DNA from: Candidatus Saccharimonadales bacterium
GTDB lineage: Bacteria; Patescibacteriota; Saccharimonadia; Saccharimonadales; UBA10212
NCBI GenBank assembly: GCA_035717985.1
Contig: DASTHW010000006.1
Span: forward strand, 1-48,847
Reading direction: 5' to 3'
Length of the DNA stretch: 48,847 nt
Positions 1 to 6,855 of the stretch are shown in pieces. The stretch's first letter is position 1; the number at the start of each line of letters is the position of its first letter. The notes beneath the pieces were generated by a model, which saw only the letters and a program-made list of their open reading frames with translations, was not told the DNA's origin and made no database searches. Position numbers and translations under genes: made by a program.

Positions 1-2226
1 ACCGTCTTCAGCTGGTAGGCTTAGGCTGTAGCTAGTAGAGGTAGGATTTAGGGGGACTAGGGAGATAAAGCCAGTACTGCCGCCATAGGCAAAGCTTAGC
101 TTACCATTGAGACCACCGGCCCCAGCCGTACCGAGTAGGACCTGCTCCTCCCCCGTGCTGGTATCCACCGCCAGGACGCCGGTATTGGAACTATTCTGAA
201 CCTGGAAAGCGCTAGAGTTATCAACTTTAACAGTAACAGCGCCGTTAAGGCTAGAGGTGCCGGAAGTCACCGTAAAATTACTGCCGGAACCAATGGTTGT
301 CGAGCCGTTTAAGCCGATTCCCCCAGAACCAGCATTGATAGTAGTTGTATTAGTACCGCTGGCTTTACCGATAGTTATGTTATTAGCATTGGTTGTACCG
401 ATGTTTAAGTTTTGTCCGGAAGAGACATCAATGCTGGCCGTACTGGCTGAGCCAAAGGTTAGAGTATTACTGTTGAAGGTATTGGTGTTATAGGTACCGG
501 TGGCGGTGATGGAGCCGCCTACAGCTACACCGCTGGTAGTTACTTCTAAATATTTAGTTGAACCGTTAACTGAATTCTCTTCCACGCTTAGTAAATCGCC
601 CCCGACAGGAGTAACTGCGTCCTGAATAACTAGTCCGCCAGCGCCAGGAGAGTTATCTAATGTTATTTGTGGAGAAGTAACGGAGGCGTCATAGACCGCT
701 TGAAAAGTCGGTGTTAAACCGCCGGACGAAGGTGAAGTGCAGGTACCGCCGGTAACGATGCCGCCGGAAACGGTTTGGCTAACGACTATCTGACCAGCAT
801 TACAAGTAAGCCCTGCGCCACTTGTACCATTGGTAGCAAAGCCGCTGGTAGCGTCCACTAAACCGCTAACCTGCAGGGTGGCTCCACTGTTTGAGGGGCT
901 AAGGCCAATACCAACTTTGCCATTAAGGGTATCAGCTACAAACAGCCCGCTACCGGTAGCGTTTTGAATTTGAAAGGCGGTCGCCGAGTTGGTGGAACTC
1001 CTGAGTGCGGCCGAGCCGCTAGCAGTTACATAAAAGGCCTGGTTATGTACAGCATAGCCCTGATTGGATTCGGTACCGCTAGCTGAAGCTGTGATCTGTG
1101 TATCACTATTAACACTACTGACGGTGTACTTATCGCCATTAGCGAATATAAATTCCATACCAGCGGCTACACTACTGGTCCAGCTGGTACCAACGCCGGT
1201 TATCGTCGAGCCGCTCATGGAGGCTGTACCAGCGTTATATATAGCCGGCGAGACGCTGAAAGTATTACTAGGCGAGCCAGTGCCAACACCAACCCGGCTA
1301 TTGACGGTGTCCACATCCAGAACAAAATTATTGTTCGAATCGGCTACGCTAAGAGCGCCCGTGGAGTTAACCGTCGTTTTTAAAGTAACCTTACCGTTGG
1401 CACCAAACGCCGCTACCGGCACCCCGTTGCCGTCTTGCAATTGAAATATGTCAGCAATAGCTCCGCTGGCCGCCTGTATAATGCCGCCGATATCACTAGC
1501 GCCTGCTGATTGAATATGAAAATTGGCCGGCGTCTGGAGCGATGTACCGTTCAGAATAAAACTGCCGCCGCCGCCCCCAGAAGTTAGGAAGCCACAATTA
1601 TTGCTATTCTCTAGACAAACAGTTCCGCCCTCATCCGGCAGTAATATGTCTCTGTTGGCGGTCATGGTGCTGAAGTTTAGCGTGCCGGTAAATGAGCCGA
1701 TGGTTCTCGACAAAGACGCCGATCGAAAGGCATATGGAACACTGGTCAACTGGATTCTAGGGCTCATTTCTCCATCCCAACCGGGCGTGCCGGTACCGCC
1801 GATATTCATGGTTAGCCATAACTGCTGGTCCCAGGGCATAGTCGAGGGAAAAGCCGTTATGCTACCAAGGTTGGCTGTCAAATAGCCGTCGACAACCCGG
1901 ACTTTATTGGCTCCGGTATAAGTCTCAACCCATTGACAATGGCTATCGCCAGTACAGCTTCCCTGACTAGATCCACTAGAGCTGGAGGCGTCATAAATTT
2001 TGAACTCTACGTTGTAGTAGCCGTCCGGCACCACTGCACCAGCGGCATTCAAGAGCCGAGCCTGGAAGTTTAAAACGTCGCTGGTTGAAGCTTGAGCTTT
2101 AGGCGCTAGGCTCCCCCACATGACCAAAAGTACACCAACTAGACCCAGCAGGGGGCCCAAACGTGAGAAGTTATTTCTCACGCGCGTGCGCGCGTGCGCG
2201 CGGCGGCGCAGGAAAATATCCGGCAT
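1..2226 (-). CDS. Giant secreted/membrane-anchored fibre-like surface protein, N-terminal part only (3' end beyond left edge; missing from the ORF track)
   Basis: Hand translation from ATG at 2226: MPDIFLRRRAHARTRVRNNFSRLGPLLGLVGVLLVMWGSLAPKAQA-STSDVLNFQARLLNAAGAVVPDGYYNVEFKIYD...WDGEMSPRIQLTSVPYAF..., with no stop found to position 1 (742 codons). Basic N-region, hydrophobic helix, AQA signal peptidase I site, three 'NSxxAFQxQN' shaft repeats. Confidence 0.9.
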   Translation of the reverse strand, partial: MPDIFLRRRAHARTRVRNNFSRLGPLLGLVGVLLVMWGSLAPKAQASTSDVLNFQARLLNAAGAVVPDGYYNVEFKIYDASSSSGSSQGSCTGDSHCQWVETYTGANKVRVVDGYLTANLGSITAFPSTMPWDQQLWLTMNIGGTGTPGWDGEMSPRIQLTSVPYAFRSASLSRTIGSFTGTLNFSTMTANRDILLPDEGGTVCLENSNNCGFLTSGGGGGSFILNGTSLQTPANFHIQSAGASDIGGIIQAASGAIADIFQLQDGNGVPVAAFGANGKVTLKTTVNSTGALSVADSNNNFVLDVDTVNSRVGVGTGSPSNTFSVSPAIYNAGTASMSGSTITGVGTSWTSSVAAGMEFIFANGDKYTVSSVNSDTQITASASGTESNQGYAVHNQAFYVTASGSAALRSSTNSATAFQIQNATGSGLFVADTLNGKVGIGLSPSNSGATLQVSGLVDATSGFATNGTSGAGLTCNAGQIVVSQTVSGGIVTGGTCTSPSSGGLTPTFQAVYDASVTSPQITLDNSPGAGGLVIQDAVTPVGGDLLSVEENSVNGSTKYLEVTTSGVAVGGSITATGTYNTNTFNSNTLTFGSASTASIDVSSGQNLNIGTTNANNITIGKASGTNTTTINAGSGGIGLNGSTTIGSGSNFTVTSGTSSLNGAVTVKVDNSSAFQVQNSSNTGVLAVDTSTGEEQVLLGTAGAGGLNGKLSFAYGGSTGFISLVPLNPTSTSYSLSLPAEDG
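2181..2202. repeat. 8-bp tandem repeat (CGCGCGTG)x2.75, alternating purine-pyrimidine tract inside the 5' end of the giant CDS
   Basis: Sequence cgcgcgtg cgcgcgtg cgcgcg at 2181-2202, adjoining the inverted repeat cgtgagaa-N5-ttctcacg at 2162-2182. Confidence 0.9.
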
Positions 2227-2305
2227 CTATTTTTGGTTTTTGGTTTTTTATTTTTGCCGCTGAAGTTCCGGCTAGTTTTGCCTAAAATCAGCTAAGGCTA
2301 TTAAC

Positions 2306-2334
2306 AGATTACGCTTATCTGTTATAGCTGTCAA
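2306..2334 (-). promoter_or_regulatory. sigma70-type promoter for the left giant gene
   Basis: Minus strand TTGACA (2329-2334), 17 bp, TAATCT (2306-2311); overlapped by inverted repeat TAACAGAT-N7-ATCTGTTA (2302-2324). Confidence 0.7.
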
Positions 2335-2353
2335 TAAAACGCTTGTGGATAAA

Positions 2354-2674
2354 CTAGGCTATTTTAGTAATTTTGATTTTGGTCAAAAGTTGGCGATGCC
2401 CGCGGACTTTACGGACCCGCTTTTTGGCTTTATATCGAATGGCGGTTACTTTAGGTGCCTTAATGACTGAATCTAGAATGTCAGCAGTTACCTTATGGCT
2501 CGTCAAGCTAGGCGTGCCTACTTCAATCTTATCGCTATCAATAACCAGCAGAGGCTCAAAACTAACAGTTTTTTCAGCGTTAAGTTTATCGACCTCTAGT
2601 TCTTGGCCCTCAGATACCAGGTACTGCCTAGCACCTACTGCTACGACTGCTCTCTTATCAGATTTGTTTGCCAT
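2354..2674 (-). CDS. rplU: 50S ribosomal protein L21
   Basis: AVVAVGARQYLVSEG start and KVTAIRYKAKKRVRKVRGHRQLLTKIKITKI C-terminal L21 signature. Confidence 0.97.
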   Translation of the reverse strand: MANKSDKRAVVAVGARQYLVSEGQELEVDKLNAEKTVSFEPLLVIDSDKIEVGTPSLTSHKVTADILDSVIKAPKVTAIRYKAKKRVRKVRGHRQLLTKIKITKIA

Positions 2675-2706
2675 TTTAGCCTTAATTTCTCAAAAGTTAC
2701 CAATAG

Positions 2707-2735
2707 AGATTAACAGATACAGCCCTATCTGTAAA
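2707..2735 (-). promoter_or_regulatory. Putative rplU promoter with extended -10
   Basis: Minus strand TTTACA, 17 bp, TAATCT preceded by TG-T; overlapped by inverted repeat TAACAGAT-N8-ATCTGTAA (2711-2734). Confidence 0.55.
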
Positions 2736-2798
2736 GACGGCTAGACTAGAGAAACCTCTAATCTTCATATCTCTTCAAGATTATGGATAGCTGTATAA

Positions 2799-2820
2799 AG
2801 CTAGCCGTTTACGGCTAGTT
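2799..2820 (-). terminator. Intrinsic terminator after ileS
   Basis: Minus strand CTAGCCG-TAAA-CGGCTAG followed by CTTTAT, 8 nt after the ileS stop. Confidence 0.6.
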
Positions 2821-2827
2821 ACATCTG

Positions 2828-5731
2828 TTAGTTGACTTTGGCGAGTGAGAGACTCAGGCTCTCTTTATCGATTTTAATGGTTTGGGAATAGTCGGCCTCG
2901 CCAGCAAGCTCCCCTACCGCTAAAGTCTCAGCAAAGATAATAGTCCTAAACTTATCCCAAGCCTGCTGTATGCCGGTAGATTCGGTCTTAATAACTAGCT
3001 GAATGCGGTCATCAACGCTCAGTCCTGCCTTTTTGCGAGCGGCCTGGATATGACGGATGAGTTCCCTAGACAGTCCTTCCACCTTTAGATCATCACTAAT
3101 CTCTAAATCAAGCTCTGTTTTTGGCAAGGCCTTAGTGGTTAGTTTTAGCCACTTCACAGCCTTTACGTTAAGCTCTTCTTTGATTATCTCGAGTATTTCA
3201 GGACTAAATTCAGCTTTAGAGTACACTACAGCGGATTTTAGGGGCTGGCGGACCTTTATGCCAGCCTCGGCCCGTTGGGCTAACCCCTGCGCAATAAGTT
3301 CGCGAGCCTCCGCCATCTCTTTAAGCACAAGTCCATTCACCTGACCAGCCGGCGGCCAGTCGCTTAAGTGAACCGACTCCCCACCGGTTAGTTTCTGGTA
3401 GAGTTCTTCTGCCAGAAAAGGTGTAAAGGGGGCTAAAACGAGGCTTAAGCGAATTAAAACGTAATGAAGGGTTTTATAGGCCTCATCTTTATCCATATCG
3501 TTGTCGCTTTTCCAGAAACGCTTGCGACTCCGCCTGATGTACCAGTTGCTGGCGTCGTCGATAAACAGTAGAACACCTTTAAGGGCGCCAGGTATGTCAT
3601 AGCGGTCCATGCCGCTTTCAATTTCAGCGGTCAATTGATGGGCCCGCGAAACGACCCATTGATCCAAAGGATGAGTTAACTGCTGATAAGGGTCTTCTAC
3701 CTTCCCGTCCCACTGCCAACCGTCCACCTCGGCATAGAGAGTGAAAAAGTCGAACATATTCCAAATCATATTTAATTTACGGGCCGTATCAGATACATCC
3801 TTATCTTTTAAGGAAAAATCTTCACCATTTAAAAGCGGCGAGGAGAGGAACAAAAACCGTAGGGCATCGGCGCTATATCGGTCCATTAGCTCGTTGGGGT
3901 CAGTGTAATTACCGTAGTTTTTGCTCATCTTACGCCCGTCATTGCCGGCGATGGTGCCAGTAACGATAACATTTTTAAAGGAGTTAGTTCCAAACAAACC
4001 AATTGATACAACGTGCAGGTAATAAAACCAGGCCCGTACCTGGCCCACATACTCAGCAATGAAGTCCCCGGGGAAGTTTTGCTCGAATTTTTGCTGATTT
4101 TCAAACGGATAATGAAACTGGGCAAACGGCATAGAGCCAGCCTCAAACCAGCTGTCCATTACTTTATCTATTCGCTTATACTGCACGCCGTCAATTTCAA
4201 AAGTTACTTCATCTATCCAGGGCCGATGGTAGTCCTCTAGCTCAACGCCAGAGAGCTCTTTTAGCTCGGCGTAACTGCCAACTACCTTAACCAGTTCGTG
4301 GCCGTTTTTATCTTTACCCTTCCAGACCGGCAGAGCCGTAGCCCAAAAGCGGTCGCGGCTAAGGTTCCAATCGGGTGCCTGGACGATGTTTTTCGAAAAT
4401 CGGCCATTTTTAAAGTGTTCCGGGAACCAATAGATGTTTTTATTTTCTTCGAGCATAGTCTCGCGCTGGCCGTCGATGTCCATGAACCAGCTGGGGTGGG
4501 CCCGGTACATCAAGCGGGTGCCACAGCGGTGACAATGCGGATAGGAGTGAGTTATGTATTCAATTTTCCAGACCCTGCCGTCTTCTTGCAGTTTTTTGGC
4601 TATATCTTTGTTAACATCCCAAACTAGCCGACCTTTCCAGGCTCCCTCGGTGTAAAAACCGTTGTCGTCAATCAAGCTAACAACCGGGAAGTCTTTTTCT
4701 TTAGCTAGCTGGTAGTCTTCTTCACCGTAGGCCGGTGCCAGATGGACAATACCGGTGCCCTCTTCAGTACTGAGGCCTGGGTAATGCCAGACTTTATGAG
4801 CATTCTGGCCACGGTCTACAAATAATGGCTCGTATTCTTGGCCAATTAACTGATCGCCAGTTATACCTGATTTGATTAACTTATAGCTTAACAGCCTATG
4901 CTTATCGTCAGTAAGCACCTTAGCGACCAAGTCATTGAGAAGTATCAGGACCTCTCCGGATTCAAGTTCGATCTGGGCGTAGCGCTGGTTTTTACCGACT
5001 CCCACCGCCGTGTTAGCTGGTAGGGTCCAGGGAGTAGTAGTCCAAGCCAAAAGATATATCGGCTTACTTTCATGGCTCACATTTTTTAGCTTAAATTTGA
5101 CGTAAACCGAGGGGTCTGTCACATCTTGATAGGAGTTATCCATGGCCACTTCGGCTTTGGCTATGGGCGTGGCATCACGCGTACAATAAAGTAAAACTTT
5201 CTCACCTTCGTAAATTTTGCCGTCATCATAAAGCTTTTTAAAAGCCCACCAAACCGACTCCATGTAGGGCTTATCCATGGTTTTATAGGCGCCTTTAAAA
5301 TCTACCCAGCGGCCAATCCGAGCGATAGTGTCTTCCCATTCACTGCCGGTTTGGACCATATTCTGACGACAGGTTTTAATGTAGTCTTCTAGGCTAATTT
5401 TGGTGCCAATGTCACGTTTATCAACTATCCCTAGTTTGCGCTCGGTAAAAACTTCGGCCGGCAAACCGTGGCAGTCCCAGCCCCAAACCCGCTCTACCCT
5501 TTTACCTTTCATGGTTTGGTAACGCGGTACGGCGTCTTTTACGATAGACGACAAAAGGGTTCCGTGGTGTGGTACACCGGTGATAAAAGGCGGTCCGTCA
5601 TAAAAAACATAACTGTCAGAGGCTGGCCGGGACTGGACCGATTTCTCAAAAATCTGATGGTCGCGCCAGTATTTAATTAGAGCCTTTTCGTACTCAATCG
5701 GCTTACGGCGCTGGTTGGCTTTAAATTTCAC
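2828..5731 (-). CDS. ileS: Isoleucine--tRNA ligase, type 2 (IleRS2)
   Basis: FYDGPPF..G.PHHGT (HIGH equivalent), GWDCHGLPAE, DWNLSRDRFW, KMSKN, type-2 C-terminal EGLSRELIRHIQAARK; GTG start with GGAG Shine-Dalgarno. Confidence 0.97.
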   Translation of the reverse strand: MKFKANQRRKPIEYEKALIKYWRDHQIFEKSVQSRPASDSYVFYDGPPFITGVPHHGTLLSSIVKDAVPRYQTMKGKRVERVWGWDCHGLPAEVFTERKLGIVDKRDIGTKISLEDYIKTCRQNMVQTGSEWEDTIARIGRWVDFKGAYKTMDKPYMESVWWAFKKLYDDGKIYEGEKVLLYCTRDATPIAKAEVAMDNSYQDVTDPSVYVKFKLKNVSHESKPIYLLAWTTTPWTLPANTAVGVGKNQRYAQIELESGEVLILLNDLVAKVLTDDKHRLLSYKLIKSGITGDQLIGQEYEPLFVDRGQNAHKVWHYPGLSTEEGTGIVHLAPAYGEEDYQLAKEKDFPVVSLIDDNGFYTEGAWKGRLVWDVNKDIAKKLQEDGRVWKIEYITHSYPHCHRCGTRLMYRAHPSWFMDIDGQRETMLEENKNIYWFPEHFKNGRFSKNIVQAPDWNLSRDRFWATALPVWKGKDKNGHELVKVVGSYAELKELSGVELEDYHRPWIDEVTFEIDGVQYKRIDKVMDSWFEAGSMPFAQFHYPFENQQKFEQNFPGDFIAEYVGQVRAWFYYLHVVSIGLFGTNSFKNVIVTGTIAGNDGRKMSKNYGNYTDPNELMDRYSADALRFLFLSSPLLNGEDFSLKDKDVSDTARKLNMIWNMFDFFTLYAEVDGWQWDGKVEDPYQQLTHPLDQWVVSRAHQLTAEIESGMDRYDIPGALKGVLLFIDDASNWYIRRSRKRFWKSDNDMDKDEAYKTLHYVLIRLSLVLAPFTPFLAEELYQKLTGGESVHLSDWPPAGQVNGLVLKEMAEARELIAQGLAQRAEAGIKVRQPLKSAVVYSKAEFSPEILEIIKEELNVKAVKWLKLTTKALPKTELDLEISDDLKVEGLSRELIRHIQAARKKAGLSVDDRIQLVIKTESTGIQQAWDKFRTIIFAETLAVGELAGEADYSQTIKIDKESLSLSLAKVN

Positions 5732-5752
5732 TGGGGCTCCTTAAAAAGTATT

Positions 5753-5940
5753 AGCCCTCAAAGGCTTCTGGATTCCGCGCCCAGCGGAAGGTACCATCCA
5801 GATTCCTTTGAGGGCTTTTTATAAGTCTCTCAAAAGCACTTTTTTACGGTTTCGGACCGTTGACCGCCAGGTTCTACTAAGCCGTAGGTTTCTATCCGAC
5901 CGTTCTTCCTAAGTAGCTTCGCGGGTGATAGCCGCTCATT
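5753..5940 (-). ncRNA. T-box riboswitch, ileS class with ultrashort stem I
   Basis: Minus strand: stem I GAGCGG-CUAUCAC-CCGCGAAGC with AUC at 5927-5929; stem II AGGAAGAAC...AGUAGAACCU (5869-5910); stem IIA/B-like CGGUCAACGGUCCGAAACCGU; antiterminator UCUGGA-[UGGUACC]-UUCCGC...GCGGAA-UCCAGA (5767-5802). Confidence 0.88.
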
Positions 5941-6020
5941 CGCCTGCTCAGGGGCGAAGCGCTTTAACTCTATTTTACAGTTTAATTTTACCGAAAAAAG
6001 GTTAAAATTACAACCTTATA

Positions 6021-6290
6021 CTAATAGGAGTAGGCGTAGGCGTCTAGATCTTGCATTAAGGGCAATTGCTCTTCTTGCCACAACTGCTGAAGCCGGCCAT
6101 CGCGGCTAATTATCAAGATAGCTGGATAACTAGTGACGTCATAAAGCCGTGCCATTTCGGCACCCTGGACTGTCTCTAGGCTTAACATTTCTGGTTCGGT
6201 CTCTTGGTGGCGGCGGTGATACTCATGAGCATAGTCCATAATCTTGCCGGCATGTTCGCTTTCGGGATGGTATAGAAAAACTATGCGCAT
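6021..6290 (-). CDS. Small hypothetical protein, thioredoxin-like fold without cysteines
   Basis: 89 aa; ARLYDVTSYPAILII resembles the cis-Pro strand of Trx folds; no CxxC. Fold call is inference. Confidence 0.65.
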   Translation of the reverse strand: MRIVFLYHPESEHAGKIMDYAHEYHRRHQETEPEMLSLETVQGAEMARLYDVTSYPAILIISRDGRLQQLWQEEQLPLMQDLDAYAYSY

Positions 6291-6305
6291 GAGCTTATGA
6301 TATCA
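6288..6305 (-). promoter_or_regulatory. Extended -10 promoter, probable leaderless transcript
   Basis: TG-A-TATCAT (-10 at 6297-6302), then 6 nt, then ATG; no SD. Confidence 0.55.
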
Positions 6306-6848
6306 CTCTTCCATTGAAGGCGCCCGCCACTGCACATCGTCGCCTAAATAATATACGATTTCATCTTCTAGCTTCTTGAAGTCGGCTTCATCGGGTTTTA
6401 CAGTTTTAACACCAAAGCGGGTCCGAAGTACTATTTCTAATGGATGTTGATAGGTGCCGGCCGGAGCCAGACCGTCGGGCAGGAACAGTGAGACGCTACG
6501 CTGGCTTTTATCCTGAGCGGTTACGACTTCCAGCTTTAAGCCTTTAATCCGGTCTGTAGTCTGCCACTCTTTGTGAGACGATATGTAGGGCGTCCCCAGA
6601 TTCTCAAACACTTCCCGGTATTCTCGCCTGGTAAAATACTCACTACGGGCAATTATCTCAGCACCGCTTTCGGATGTGCCGGCGAGTACTTTGTCATCTC
6701 GGAGATTCTCCGATTTCTCTGACCTATGCATATCTCGCTCAATAGCCGCGCCTTGCCAAATAGGATCGTCTCGGTCTAACAACGCTTGAAGTACTTCTGA
6801 TCCGGTCGCGGATTCCCCTCCCCGTTTTGCCTCAGCTGGGTCGACCAT
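6303..6848 (-). CDS. Hypothetical protein (181 aa)
   Basis: Open frame filling the gap between nrdJ and the 89-aa gene, same strand, 7 nt after the nrdJ stop; no recognised motif. Confidence 0.65.
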   Translation of the reverse strand: MVDPAEAKRGGESATGSEVLQALLDRDDPIWQGAAIERDMHRSEKSENLRDDKVLAGTSESGAEIIARSEYFTRREYREVFENLGTPYISSHKEWQTTDRIKGLKLEVVTAQDKSQRSVSLFLPDGLAPAGTYQHPLEIVLRTRFGVKTVKPDEADFKKLEDEIVYYLGDDVQWRAPSMEE

Positions 6849-6855
6849 TTATGAC

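Noticed and set aside
257-1885. Plus-strand ORFs 257-493, 1064-1444 and 1523-1885
   Set aside because: Antisense shadows of the minus-strand giant CDS at 1-2226.
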